Origin: Eledone cirrhosa
Lineage: Eukaryota
Assembly (NCBI GenBank): GCA_964016885.1
Contig: OZ024743.1
Span: 302,436,001-302,500,000 of the forward strand
DNA: 64,000 nt
Reading direction: 5' to 3'
The position numbers and the translations under genes are program-made. The notes under the pieces were generated by a model. That model did not search any database and had not been told where the DNA came from. It saw nothing but the letters and a program-made list of their open reading frames with translations. Below, piece after piece: positions 1 to 14,061 of the stretch. Position 1 is the stretch's first letter. Each line of letters opens with the position of its first letter.

Positions 1-244
1 AAATCTCTGGTTGGTTGGTTGGTTCCACAACCAGATAGTTGTTTATATATATTGTCAAAGTTCTTTCGTCACACGTTCCGTGACCTCTTCAGTGACTGGG
101 GATTATTTTCTTTGTTTTTGTGCCTCTCCTTTGTTCTGTCCTACGCCATTTTCTTATTGGCAACATGACCCTCCCAAAGTATAACAATATCGGTTTCAAC
201 ACACGATTTCAGATAAATAATCTTGCTAAACAAATTCAGAAACG

Positions 245-248
<4 letters not shown>
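1..248 (-). mobile_element. PLE pseudo-LTR fragment (same family as 55557-56890), internally rearranged
   Basis: 1-125 matches 55720-55835 directly; 151-248 matches the reverse complement of 55557-55653; carries an HHR; ends in (TA)n. Confidence 0.75.
54..96 (-). ncRNA. Minimal type I hammerhead ribozyme
   Basis: Minus strand GTCA-CTGAAGA-G-GTCAC(ggaacgt)GTGAC-GAAA-GAAC-TT-TGAC; stems I and II pair, stem III minimal. Confidence 0.7.
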
Positions 249-298
<50 letters not shown>

Positions 299-680
299 TT
301 AAATTAAATAATAATAATAATAATGCATGTTAGTTTTGTATATCGAATACTATACATGTTTACGAATACACATTTAACATTTACATCTACAGGCCTTTGG
401 AGAGGAAATTTAAATGTGATGGCTGACGTGATCTACCTTGTTCCAGAAGAAGCACGAGGAGGCAACCAAAATCACTTTTTTCGGCTATTTGGCCATTGTC
501 AAGGTGACGTGTTGGACATAACAATTTTCTGTATGGTATATGTGTGGGATGGCAAACCCCACAGAGCATAGGTAAAAAATATTTGGACATCGGTGGTGTC
601 ATTTGTTATTGTATGAGACGACCGAATGTGAATTTAATGCAAAAGTAAGGAACCGAGTTGTTTCTCTAGCGTAAGGACAA

Positions 681-853
681 AGAAGAAGAAGAAGAAGAAA
701 AAGAAGAAACAGAAGAAGAAGAAGAAGAAGAAGAAGAAGAAGAAGAAGAAGAAGAAGAAGAAGAAGAAGAAGAAGAAGAAGAAGAAGAAGAAGAAGAAGA
801 AGAAGAAGAAGAAGAAGAAGAAGAAGAAGAAGAAGAAGAAGAAGAAGAAGAAG
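681..853. repeat. (GAA)n microsatellite
   Basis: Near-perfect GAA tandem run. Confidence 0.98.
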
Positions 854-1068
854 ATGGAGGAAATTTACCTAGGAGTTACTCGAAATCATAGGCAGAAAGC
901 AACAAGAAAAAAACATAATGCATTTCAGCCGACGCATTTACTTATACCACTGCCTATATACTCGTTCATTTATATATTTTTTTCTAATTTGAATGTGGTA
1001 AAATAAACTAATATTAGGGATGCTGGATGAATTATTATTGCTGTTTTTGCTTTCATATACACATCCTA

Positions 1069-2110
1069 GTAAAGATTTAATTAGTACCTTTGCTAATCTT
1101 AACCTTAAAATTACTATAGATACGAACCTTACTAATGCTAACTTTCTTGATATTAATCTTGATCTACTTACTGCCTCTTTTAAACCCTATCATAAACCTA
1201 ATGAACATCTTAGGTATATACACAAAGAGTCTTGCCATCCCCCTATAGTTTTTAATAATCTTATTCCTAACATTAGCCGTAGGATTTCTACCTTATCTTC
1301 GTCTATAGACATTTTTAATAAAGCCAGCCCTTATTATAATAAAGCCCTTAAGAACAGCGGTTTTACAGAAAATATTTCTTATTTACCTACTCCCCCCCCC
1401 CCCTAAAACTAACCATAATAACAGGAAAAGGAAGATTATTTGGTTCACACCCCCCTTCTCTCTAAATGTCAAAACTAATGTAGGAAGGAAATTCCTTGAA
1501 CTATTAGACAAACATTTTCCTCCTATTCATAGATATTATAAGATTTTTAATAGGAATGTAGTTAAGATCAGCTACTCTTGTTGCCCATCCATGAAGTCCA
1601 AAATCACCAGTTCAAACCGTACGAGGATAAATCCAGGATGCAGTTGCAAGAAGCCGGATGAATGCCCATTGCAGGGTAAATGTAACACAAAATCTGTCGT
1701 TTATGAGGCTAAGATAACGCCAGTTATCAACAACCAGCCAGCCAGAAGTGAGCGATATGTCGGTATGACCCAGGACAGGTTTAAAACCAGATTTTACTCA
1801 CATGTCGCTTCTTTTAAACACTCAGATAAACGAACATCAACGGCCCTCGCAAGTAAGGTATGGGATCTCAAGGATAGTAATATCCCGTACTCTATTGATT
1901 GGTCTATATTAGACCATTCGAGGGAGTACCAAAGGGGCACAAAGAATTGTTCTTTGTGTACCACAGAAAAGTATAGGATTTTGCTAAACTTGAGAGCCAC
2001 TTCCGCCGTGCCTTAACTCAAAGACTGAGATATTCAGATGCTGTCCTCATCTGAAATCGCATCTGATCTGTAACTGGATTGACACTCCTACGATAAATCA
2101 ACCGCCTTGA
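1069..2110 (+). mobile_element. 5'-truncated Penelope-like retrotransposon ORF remnant: RT thumb, linker and C-terminal GIY-YIG endonuclease (Hydra-clade-like), frameshifted
   Basis: NFLDINLDL..FKPYHKP..YIHKESCHPP; frameshift at poly-C ~1392-1403; IIWFTPPFS..KISYSC; CSC-x5-CPLQGKC; VVY..YVGMT..FKTRFYSH; CSLCTTEK; second frameshift ~2000 then LNSKTEIFRCCPH. Confidence 0.92.
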
Positions 2111-2271
2111 ACTCCTTCTCTGCTCTTTACTTTTGCTACGGTTTTTATTTTGCTGATTCTACCTCTGTACTCTTGTATATTTAAAATGTTGTTCTCCCTT
2201 ACCTCCCCTTATATTTTTACCTCCTCTTAGCCCCCCCCCCATATATTCTTTTTGTTTTGCCCTTCACATAC

Positions 2272-3100
<829 letters not shown>

Positions 3101-3119
3101 GATAAACCAGGCTTTTTTT

Positions 3120-3172
3120 CATTCTGAAGATTGAAGGAAACTTTTTTGCTTTTAAGAAACCTCTGGTGAATG
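3120..3172 (+). ncRNA. Hammerhead ribozyme, degenerate copy (GUG cleavage triplet)
   Basis: CATT-CTGAAGA-TTGAAGG..CTTTTAA-GAAA-CC(tct)GG-TG-AATG. Confidence 0.65.
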
Positions 3173-3772
3173 GATTAATTGCCTTGTATGGCTTTATTAC
3201 TTTACTACTATATATACGTTTATGTAAGGTTCATTTGTCTTATCTAATACTGAGCTTTACACATACACACATGTATATGTGTGTGTGTATGTGTATGCAT
3301 GTGTGTATGTGTACGTGTATGTGTGTATATATATGTATATGTATATATATGTATATATATGTATATATATATATATATGTGTATGTATATGTATATATGT
3401 ATATGTATATATGTGTATATGTATGTGTATGTATGTATATGTGTGCGTGTGTATTTATTTATTTTTATGTATGTGTGGGTTTGTGTGTGGGTGTGTGTGT
3501 GTATGTGTGTGTGTTTGTATTTAGTTGTGCGTTCTTTTGATATATACGTATTTGCATGTGTATAATTGTTTAGCTATGTATGTATATGTGCGTTTACGTA
3601 TTTATATGTGTGTGTGCGTTTATATTTTTATATTTTTGTATGTATATATATATATATATATATATATACAATATTAAATAATTGTAAATATACTCCAAAT
3701 ACTTGTCGAGTGCTTTTATATCAGTTATAAATATTTACTAGTTGTAACCCAACAATTTAAATATAACTCTCC

Positions 3773-3806
<34 letters not shown>

Positions 3807-4188
3807 ATATAATTACATATACATGTGTGTGTTTATATTGTATACGTGTACGTGTTTGTGTATGTATGTGTATGTACGTGTTTATGTATTTGTATATGTA
3901 TATTTATGTGTGAGAGTGTGTGTATTTGTTTACTATTTCGTACGTATGTATATGTGCTTTTGTGTGTATTACTTACCACGCGTCTCTGTCCGATTAGCTG
4001 GGGCATGTATCGCTGTCAAAAATTTGTTAATATATATTTATATATGTTTTTCTTATATTTATTTGCGTGTGTGAATATGTAGTGGAGTGCATTCATGTAT
4101 GTGTATGTATGTACGTTGTATGTTTGTGTGAATGTATGTATGTGTGTATATATATGTGTGTGTGTATGTGTATGCTTGTACACACACA

Positions 4189-4231
<43 letters not shown>

Positions 4232-4258
4232 GTATATATGTACATGTATATATATGTG

Positions 4259-4299
<41 letters not shown>

Positions 4300-4344
4300 A
4301 TGAATGTATGTATGTGTATATGTGTGTATATATATGCAAAAGTA

Positions 4345-4469
4345 CACGAACTCCAACCACAGCCGACTATTCCCAGTAAATGTTTTGGTTGCCGACTCTG
4401 TGCAAGACATTTTAGATCATTGGCTGGGCTAAAAAGCCACATTCGATCGCAGCACTGTTAGTTGCTATC

Positions 4470-4507
<38 letters not shown>

Positions 4508-4586
4508 GCTTATGTGCGTGCGTGTGTGTGTATATATATATGAATATGTATATTATTATTGTTATTGTCGTTATTATTATTATTGC

Positions 4587-4635
<49 letters not shown>

Positions 4636-4757
4636 GTTATTAATGTATGTGTGTATATATGTGTGAGTGTATGTGTATGTATGTGTGTGTGTATATATGC
4701 ATGTATGTGTATGTATGTGTGTGTGTATATATACGTGTATGTATATATATATGTATA

Positions 4758-4794
<37 letters not shown>

Positions 4795-4931
4795 TTTCCC
4801 CTTTTTTTTTTTTTTTTTTTATTTATTTATTATTATTATTATTGTTATTATTATTATTATTATTATTATTTTTTTTTTTTTTTTTTTTTATTGTGCAATG
4901 GCCATACTCGATAACGAGGGGGCAGCCATCA
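4345..4931 (+). mobile_element. RTE-type LINE 3' end (C2H2 zinc finger and 3' tail) split by microsatellites
   Basis: CRLCARHFRSLAGLKSHIRSQH at ~4390-4460; tail GGCCATACTCGATAACGAGGGGGCAGCCATCA at ~4900-4931 resembles 61775-61806. Confidence 0.65.
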
Positions 4932-5206
4932 TGTGTGTATATATGTGTATGTGTGTGTAGGTGTACGCTCTTTATATATATATATATATATATGTGTATA
5001 TGTATATGTGTATGCGTACATTTATATATGTGTATATATGTATGTGTGTGTAAGTATGCTTTTGTGTTTTTTTTTTGTTTTTTTTTTGTGTGTGTTTGCA
5101 TGTGTAGTTTTATTATTTTTCCTTTCCTTCTCCCTTTTCCAGCCTCACTTTCATATAGATTGCATTTTTGTTTTTAGAATCCATATTCAATAAACAAACC
5201 AGGATT

Positions 5207-5266
5207 TTTCATTCTGAGGATTGAAAGCAAAACCTTTTGCTTTTAAGAAACCACTGGTAAATGGAA
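5207..5266 (+). ncRNA. Hammerhead ribozyme (type I)
   Basis: CATT-CTGAGGA-TTGAAAGCAAAA(cc)TTTTGCTTTTAA-GAAA-CC(act)GG-TA-AATG; GUA site. Confidence 0.85.
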
Positions 5267-5675
5267 TAATTGCCTTATGTTGTTTATTACATAATAATAA
5301 TAATTAAGCTCTGTTGCATACATAGAGCACTCTTTTTTCCTGGACTTTTCCGATGGAATTACTTCACACATATATATATACACATATATAAGAAAACACA
5401 TGAATATTATATATATATGAACATAAAAAAGGTGAAACAAATAGTTGGAAATACGACAAATAATAAATAAATACATAATTAGAAAAGGGTATAAATGTTT
5501 ATAGCTGATTTAGAGCACTCAAAATGTTCCTGGAGCAAATAATCAATGAACATAAGCATTTATTTATGTGTGTGCGTATGTAGGTGTGTATACATATATC
5601 TATATTTGTGTATGCGTATGTATGCGTGTATATACGTGTGTATATGTGTATGATTTGTGTATGTATATATATAAA

Positions 5676-5728
<53 letters not shown>

Positions 5729-6052
5729 GTATATATATGTATATACATGTATGTGTGTGTGTGTATTTGTATGTATGTGTATGTATGGATATGTTGATAT
5801 ATATGTGTGTATGTATGTATATGTATATGCATGCGTATTTGTACGTGTATGAATATGTGTATATATGTATATATATATATATGTGTGTATATGCATGTAT
5901 ATATGCGTGTATGTATATATGGGTGTGTAGGTAATTGTGTGTGTGTGCATGTGTGCTTATTTTTCCTTTCCTTCTTCCTTCTCCAGCCTCACTTTCATAT
6001 AGATTGTATTTTTGTTTTTAAAATCCAATGTCAATAATTACACCAGGATTTT

Positions 6053-6113
6053 TTTCATTCTGATGATTGAAAGCAACATTTGTTTGCTTTCAAGAAACCA
6101 CTGGTAAATGAAA
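6053..6113 (+). ncRNA. Hammerhead ribozyme (type I), intact
   Basis: TTTCATT-CTGATGA-TTGAAAGCAA..TTGCTTTCAA-GAAA-CC(act)GG-TA-AATGAAA; 7-bp stem I, 10-bp stem II, predicted cut after 6106. Confidence 0.9.
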
Positions 6114-6206
6114 TAATTGCCTTATGTTGTTTATTACATAACTATTAAGCTCTGTAACCTACATAGAGCACTCTTTTTTCTTGGACCTTTCCGACGGATT
6201 TACTTC

Positions 6207-6257
<51 letters not shown>

Positions 6258-6835
6258 CATACAATGTAAATTGTATATAATTGTGTAAAAGAATATACTT
6301 GAAAGTGAATTAGAAATAAAAGTTTGTATACTTGTGTGTATGTGTGTGTGTGTGTGTGTTTACGTTTTTGTCCTTATTCTCAAAAGTATTGTCTTCTTGC
6401 GTATTTAGCAGCATTTGTATTCATAGTTAAAATATATATTCAATAATTTAGACCTGTTTCTCAATAATTGCACGTGAAATTTCCTGCAATCATATCAAAT
6501 GAAACGATAATAATATGGAAATACGGGTAGGAAAGATGTTAACGAAAAACAGAAATTGGTTCACCATCTCTGATGTTTTGTGTAATTGAATATGGGTAAT
6601 GGTGGAATCAGGTTTGCCAACAAATTAGTGGTAAACAAGAAAGTTAGTTGGTTTGACTGGAATATATACATATCGCCTAGAATGCACAATAAATGTTGGC
6701 ATGTTATAAAACATATGATACTTTATATTAAGCTAGGCGTAGGGTAAATGTTTAGGTACTGCCGACCAACACCGTTGTTGTGTTTTACTGGCATATACGT
6801 ACACGCCTCATGTATTCATACACATAACCATATAC

Positions 6836-6881
<46 letters not shown>

Positions 6882-6967
6882 GTGTGTGTTTGACAACTGA
6901 GAGAAAAGAGTACTCAATACCAAATCAGAATGTTAATACTGATTTGATTAAGGCTAAATCGTAAGTC

Positions 6968-7013
6968 TTGTTACACTGGAGTTTCGCCTGTTTATCTGAA
7001 GGTCATCAGACAA
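6968..7013 (-). ncRNA. Hammerhead ribozyme (type I)
   Basis: Minus strand TTGT-CTGATGA-CCT..AGGC-GAAA-CTCCAGT-GTA-ACAA. Confidence 0.6.
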
Positions 7014-7099
7014 AAAATAACACACTATTAGGAGACACAGTATAGATAAGAATGTCTTGGGGTGGGGAGATTTATTTGAGAAGAGGTAATACAGATAGT

Positions 7100-7335
7100 G
7101 AAGTCACGTTGCTTAATGGTAAGGGTATTGGACTTATAATCGTAATGTCATGGGTTCGATTCTTGGGCTGAGTTGCGTGTTGCGTTCTTGAACAAAACAC
7201 TTCATTTCACGTTACTCCAGTATACTCAGCTGAAAGTCCGTACCAGCAATAGTTGGGAGTTTAACCCTCTGATTAATTGGTATCATGACCAGGCGGGCTC
7301 TTGTACTGAGAGTCGCTTCACGCCATACAAAATGA
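7100..7335 (+). mobile_element. tRNA-derived SINE (family B; also at 57077)
   Basis: A-box-like TTGCTTAATGG, B-box GGTTCGATTC, then the central domain TTCTTGAACAAAACACTTCATTTCAC shared with 57150-57200. Confidence 0.75.
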
Positions 7336-8099
7336 ATAAGTACCGGCTCAACGCGCTGCTGGCAGCGCAAGATGGCATGCATGGAAGCAATAAAGATAGG
7401 GTCAACAGAAAGGTGGTGTCAGTGAAGGAGTATATGGCTGTCGGAAAGAATGTGATAACGCGTGGTAGTGGTAATAGCCATTGAAATGTTACCTTTCAGC
7501 GATAATATATACATAGAATGTTAACTTGTGAATGGGAGACATGTAATGAATACGAAGGTGGTTTTATAGGGGGATTCGTGAAACATTTTGTGGGATTAGT
7601 AGGATAAAGTAGTGTATGGAATATACACATGTATACACATACTCATATAAAGTAACTGACAATTCAGGCTTTGGAATTAGTGGTGAAATTCTTCTGGGAC
7701 CCCACAGCCAATACCTTGTAGTCATGACACTATTGTGAGAAAACAGGAAATATACTACTACAACCTTCAATATCGGTTGCTAGAAATTCCGAACATTATT
7801 AGATAATGACTCAACACCAAGAACATATCAAGAGAGAAGATTTCATAGCTACTGATTTTCTGCGTTATAATACGTATGTAATACCTCTCTGAGAAAAAAC
7901 ACCTGCACAGTTCCCTTAAGTTACTGCCAAAATACATAAATTTGTCCACTACCGGGAGTTTCTGATAATAAACTTTCATGCGTAGTTCTACGTAGGTGCA
8001 CCGAATATGAATATGTATTTGCAATACTACGTTTCAACTTATACATATGTAAAAGACAACAATGTATGCATCCTGGCTCAAAATACTGACATCTCTATA

Positions 8100-8455
8100 G
8101 CATAATGAAATATTGTCAAGAATTGGCTGCGCTACTGGTGAATTCAGTAATATAGGAAAACGAATATACTCACAGCGAGGTACCTCCATTAATATTAAAG
8201 TTAAGTTCTACGTGTTTTGTGTATTTTCAACTCTACTGTATGCTTTAGATGATTGAATTTCGACCGGAAGCATCTAAAACTACTGAAGCTCTTTGACAAG
8301 CAGAACCTTCATCGAATGTTGTACCTATATTGAAGAATATATGTGAATGATATTGATTTCCTTGAAAACCTTCATGTCTCCGATAAGTTTGATATGTGCT
8401 GAGAATGAAGGACAATAGTTTACCCAAATAAACCCTGAAACGTATTTTGAGGGAT
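8100..8455 (+). mobile_element. RTE (BovB-like) LINE RT C-terminal fragment, decayed
   Basis: EILSRIGCATGEFSNIGKRIYSQRGTSINIKVKFY..VFSTLLYA and RMKDNSLPK; a related piece (LPVVDKFMYFGS) lies on the minus strand at ~7920-7960. Confidence 0.7.
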
Positions 8456-8568
8456 GACCCCCACACTACCTCCTGTTTCTATGTTTCTATCTTTATTTGT
8501 CTCTCTTAATATCTAACTTCCTGCTAGGACCACCATAAACTCTTAGTGGGACTCATGCTTTGCCTTAC

Positions 8569-8810
8569 TACTTGCATTCCCTCGGTTTTCACAACAATCT
8601 ATCCGGGATACACAACATGCATTGCAACCACCTTTTGCGGATATGCAATGTGAGAGACCCTGAGGCTGTGCTACTTGACATATCTTTTGGGCGGTTTAGA
8701 TTCCCTGTCCTGGGGAATAAGACCCACATCGCAGGAACACTTCAGTATATTTGGCTGGCAAATGTCTTCCACCGTATTAACTTCGAGTATAGTAACGCAT
8801 TAATAAACCA
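8569..8810 (-). pseudogene. Decayed Cys-rich exon-like segment of a putative secreted protein
   Basis: tttatAG acceptor and GTAAGG donor; 242 nt (243-1); VY*CVTILEVNTVEDICQPNILKCSCDVG..[frameshift]..HCISAKGGCNACCVSRIDCCEN. Confidence 0.35.
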
Positions 8811-9651
8811 CTATAAAATGTTTCTTTATAGATATTAATAGTAGGATTACCCCTTTCCTCCACGCCGCCTCTACATATATTATGCGTTTCCTAGCATATT
8901 TTACGTTTTTGTACGTCAATTAATTTCGTGATAGACAGTGGCATGGTCTATAGTCGTACTTTTCGCACATCCAATCTTTTTGTTCTTCTATTTTTTCTCT
9001 CATTTATTTCTACTTCTGTACCATTCACACTAACATTTCGCTTGTGATTTATTTAGTTGTCATCTATCTTAAATCTTAATTCTGCTTTATTTTGTTTTAT
9101 TATATTTTATCACTCGTATATGTCAACACTAATTCTCAACTAATGTGTATCGTACTAAATAATGGTTGGATTGCTTATATTATCACTACTGCCAGAACTA
9201 CTAATACTGTAACAGCTATTTAACTGAGGTGTTGTCTATGCAGCCAGGCTTGTTATTGTTATTGTTGTAGACAAATCTATCTACCATAGCAACTGATTTC
9301 TAAGATTAAACCCTCGTTCTAAATCATCTGTGAATGACCTGTTTCATGTAAAAGTAGACAGCGAGTCTCCGAAAATGGTGTCACTAAGCAATTCACAATG
9401 ATTGGATCATTCAGCCCGGGACATATCAGGGAATTGAAAAGATAAAAAACAGAAGTATTTTTTAATCCTTCAGGTTTTTTTTTATTCAATTAATAGATAT
9501 CTGATGATGTTATAGCTGTTGCATAACAGTTATCGAAATATATAAAACAGCGAATGCATAATGAATATGAATCATAATAAATTGAATCAATTCTAACCTG
9601 TTGACATGTCCTTTATTATTTCATATATATATACGTATATATATATATATA

Positions 9652-9999
9652 TATGGTGGAAGCAGGGTTCACGAACGCCTTGCGTCACGAACAAATCGAT
9701 TCATGAACAATGTTTCTGAACATAAAACGACTCGGCTGACGAACAATGTATCCAGTAACCTTCACACAAGGCAACAATAACAGTTAGTGATAAGCTGGGA
9801 GTATGGGCGAGATTACGTCACATTCTATGAAGTTGTGTAGTATGGTGATATCTGTCATTCAAACATAGTCTCTCTCTATCACACTGTATTTGTCTCCTAA
9901 CGTCTCTTTTGGAAAACATATTTTCGGTTTTGTGCTCATTTCAGATTTCGAACGTCCTTCGAGAACAAATTATATTTCGTACTCAAGTATATATACTGT
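9652..9999. mobile_element. Tc1/mariner Tigger/pogo-like MITE, degraded
   Basis: Left end GGTGGAAGCAGGGTTCACGAAC with repeated ACGAAC subterminal motifs; right end TTCGAAC..TTCGTACTCAAG..ACTG; TA context. Confidence 0.45.
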
Positions 10000-10059
10000 G
10001 TTTGTGTATGTGTGTTTATATGTATTATATATGTCTCCATAAATATTTATGAATGTTCG

Positions 10060-10640
10060 GCAATGAGGACAGTGCCTGTCCCTGAACTACGCATCTACTC
10101 AGCGGATGTCTAGCCTTTCCCATATACTTCCATCTCACATGCGGTGTCAGGAGATGAACAGAGAAGAAGTACTACTTATCAACTTCAAGCTCGACCTCAC
10201 AATGCCTGAAGCCCGGGAAAACCTTCCTAATATGAGCAGGAAATCACGAAACCATTCTGGGAATCGATGAATACTCTTAGAGCTAATACATTTATTTTGA
10301 AAAAAGAGAGACGAAGATCATGGAATGAATTAATATTTGCCAACCAAGACATTGTCCAGGACGCCACATTTAAATCAGCCGGATGTGCTCTTCTTAGAAA
10401 GCAATGGGTCACCATTAATCGGATCCGCACAACACTTGCCAGGACAGCTCTTGTTCTACATCGATGGCAAAGACAGCGCAGCATGTGATTGTCGGGACCA
10501 TAACCAACATTGTTGTATGTGACGTTTTCCCGGTGGCTTGAATGCAATCTATAATACTACAAGTTACTCATTACTCTGCCGCACCAATCTCGAGCTGCCT
10601 CTCTAACCATTGGGCATATGTCATATGGAAGAAGAATATA
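10060..10640 (+). mobile_element. I-group (Ingi/Vingi-like) LINE C-terminal fragment
   Basis: RKQWVTINRIRTTLARTALVLHRW followed (frameshifted) by DSAACDC, matching the W..LNR.RT..R....L.KW...C.C zinc-knuckle region. Confidence 0.6.
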
Positions 10641-11899
10641 TATTTATGGAATCAAAGTGGGTGTTTAACCCTGGCGGAGTCGAGCTGGCTCCAGGTTTGA
10701 AAACAGCCACCTTCCCTACATGAAAAAGAAAATAAGAAATACTGATACTGAGAAGGTGAGAAAAGATAGAAGAAATAATCGACGCTAGCACAGAAGTGTT
10801 ATCATTTTTATCAACTTCGAAATGATTAAAGAAATGATAAGTATATATTTTCTGTCGGTTGTTATCCCTTATTTAATATTCAACTGTTTACAACATTTTG
10901 TAGCTCTTGAATTCAGACGTTGTGATTGACTTTACCGCATTGTAACTGGCATCAAACTACTTGGATTTTGGCGTGGCCCTTAATATTCACTTGGCATATA
11001 TCAGAGTATGAAGCTGCGTTGGGAAGAGTACTTATACAAAAGATGTACATATCAGTTTCAAGAGATTCGTTTATAACGAGTTATCATGAGACTTACTAAA
11101 ACTTCACGTTGTAAAACGCACTTTAAGAATATCAACCGCTAAAAAAATATTTTCTATCACTTTTTATATATATCATATTTTACCAAGTATTTTGATTATC
11201 ATTTCTAAAAGACACACATGAATATGTGCACATATATGTTCATCACATAATTCTCTTGGTTAACGAAATAATTGAAAACCCACCTGGGTGCTATAAAAAT
11301 ATGTAACAGTGCATATAGGGACCTCGATTTCGTATTAGCTTGTTGTTGTTTATATCTTATATATTTTTTCTAATCGAAGTGTATGAAGAATTGAAAATTA
11401 ATTAGATATATTTGTCCTATTTATTTTTTTATTTTTTACAGGAAAACACACAGAGGAAAAATATGGTGTGTATGTTTATATGCTTATATACTATATACTA
11501 AAAATATATGAATTCATAAACATATTTTCGCAGCCTTGGTTACATCTATTCATATATAACACCCACTGCTTATTTCACAACAATATAAATACATACGTAC
11601 GCACATACATACATATCTATACACATACACATTAACATCAATCATACACACATGATTACATACATGACGGCTGCACATCGATTTCGAATATTGCCATCGC
11701 TTGACAGTTAAGCATGAGCAGAACAGTCCTGCTAGGTATTTACACATTCTTGCTGCAACAAGATGCTGCAACAATGCGGGCCTCTTGCAGTAGGTGTTAC
11801 GGTACTGTTCTGGTGCTCTTTCACGTGATATTTCACCCCTTTTCAACACTCACTACAATCATAAATGCCATACGGTGCACTGCTGATAGTGCCCCGGTC

Positions 11900-12190
11900 T
11901 ACGTGGCTTCTCTGATGACCCACATGGTCCACCCTACTTAGACATAATCGGACACATCTTTTACAAATGTAATCATCATGCATGCCAAAATAATTAGGCA
12001 AACAAGATTCGAGGTCTTTACGAACACACGGCTTGAGGTATCCATGCTCAGAAAAGTTTCCTTGAAATTCTTCTTTTCCATCATTCACTGCCTTCCTCCT
12101 GGAATTTCTATCCTGAGCGTGGTTCTCCCAGTCATCTCCCGTCCATAGGTACAGTTTACATGTTTTTATTGCTTTTTTGTCAATGTCTGC
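11900..12190 (-). mobile_element. RTE LINE ORF C-terminus with C2H2 finger
   Basis: DWENHAQDRNSRRKAVNDGKEEF..YICKRCVRLCLSRVDHVGHQRSH. Confidence 0.75.
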
Positions 12191-12319
12191 GTTCCGAATT
12201 ATTCCAATTTCAAATCACCAAGTGCTTACATCACATGCAATCAAAGGATAAATAATGCACACCCCAAAAATGTAATGTTGCCACACACGCAACATTAACG
12301 ATGATACACCTGGATGCTG

Positions 12320-12440
12320 CAGTTTGAGCAACGTGAATTGAGGTCTTTTGCTCAGAAACACAACATACAAACTTGTGCAAGAATTAAACCCACAACATTA
12401 TCATTGTAAGTCCAACACACTAGGCCACGCACCTCCACAT
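12320..12440 (-). mobile_element. tRNA-derived SINE head (family B), degraded
   Basis: AGCAACGTGAATTGAGGTCTTTTGCTCAGAAACACAAC resembles 42063-42100. Confidence 0.55.
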
Positions 12441-13675
12441 TATTATACTTAGATCGCTGAATGGAAACTGTTTTTCACTTCTTCCTCTATCACTCCACTT
12501 TCCTAAAATATTCTATCCTTTGACAATGTAGAGCTTACGAATATTTGATTATTGAAATATGACTAGGGATTATTGCTATGGTTATCAATTGAAAGTATTC
12601 TTCGAAGGGATTAGCACAAACAAATAAATTTCTTCGTGAATTTGGCAAAAAACATATTTTTCTTTGCTAAAGTTCTAGTGGAGGTCATAATCTGACAAAC
12701 CCTGTTGAATTCGAGCTTGGGATACGCTGTGAAGTAACAGTATGAAGCAAGCAACTGTGTCCACCACATTACTGAATATACCATTCACTATCCTTTTATT
12801 TCAAGTGCCTCTGTGGATATAATCATTCTTCTTTGGGCCACCGTTGGCTCTGATCAACTAAACATCAAACAGGGGTTTTGTTATAAATGTTCAGACAGTG
12901 TAGCATTGAAAATGCGTGATCAAATCTATCCATCCTGATGAAAACAGAATTTAATTTGAGGAGGTGTAGTAGAATGAAGAAAAGCCATGGAGAAACTATG
13001 GCGTATCAATATGTGATAATATTGGAATATGTGATACTCCATGTAAATACCAAATATCTACTGTAGTATCTTTATAGGAGGAGAACGCAAAAATAGGTGG
13101 ATATGTAGATGTGTCTGAAGTCGATTATTATGTTATCTGACGAAAAGTATTGTTATTAGCAAATCGCCGATTTACTCCGTACCATGGAATTATGAAAAGG
13201 GATAATTATATATATGGAAAGGCCTGTCTCCTAGAAAGATATAAATTTTCAAATGGAATTCTGATAATCGTTCAAATTTGTTCGAAGAATCACTTGTATT
13301 AGAATGAATACCTACGAATTGAACTATACATTGAAGAATACAGCCTGCAGTACTCAATAATATGTGATATGAATCTTGTTTGGAACAATTTCAAAAATAT
13401 TCTTCACAGAATACAAATTCATTATCTATTGATGTTTTAATAGGCAGAACTATCTTTAAGAATGTTTCTAATGCAGGTGTCATCTCTGCCCATCATTTTT
13501 CTTAGCCAATATTTCCATTCATGTCATGAATTGTTAAATAATACGACACGTGTTAGGACATGTGAATGCTGAACAGGCAGATCCGGTATCAAATATTTTC
13601 CAAACGAGTCCAATCTGTTTTTTGTAACTATTATCTATCTATATATATATATATATATATATATAAATATATATA

Positions 13676-13943
13676 TATTGTTATACTTGGGGAGGGGCAA
13701 ATTTGTGTAATAATATTGCCAGAATTAATAACAGAACACACCCACTGTTTGGTTGGTTTTCGTTTCTGTGTCTTTTATATCGGTTAATGTAATTCATTCG
13801 GTCAATGGTAACATTGAGGACCGAATAAGTTAAATTAACCGATACAAAAGACACAGAAGCGAAAACCAACCAAACAGTGAGTGTGTTCTGTTACTAATTC
13901 TGGCAATATTATTACACAAATATGCCCCTCCTCAAGTATAACA

Positions 13944-13946
<3 letters not shown>
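13676..13946. repeat. ~270-bp fold-back palindrome inserted in (TA)n
   Basis: Arms ~13676-13803 and ~13819-13946 are near-perfect reverse complements; terminus CCCTCCTCAAGTATAACAATAT resembles the PLE end at 56868-56890. Confidence 0.9.
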
Positions 13947-14009
<63 letters not shown>

Positions 14010-14061
14010 TTCTATATAATACTTAGTAAAAACAATAAAAAATGTTAACACTAAGATTTAC

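Noticed and set aside
1069-2110. Programmed frameshifting or selenocysteine recoding (as in Naiad PLEs) in the PLE ORF
   Set aside because: Domain order is RT then EN, the conserved Cys are normal codons, and the breaks are a homopolymer slip and a small indel in a truncated copy
10903-11030. LYRIVTGIKLLG, reminiscent of a discoidin/FA58C strand
   Set aside because: Two in-frame stops and too short a match to support
12660-13520. Unique-looking sequence that might be coding
   Set aside because: Stops in the frames I read and no motif recognised
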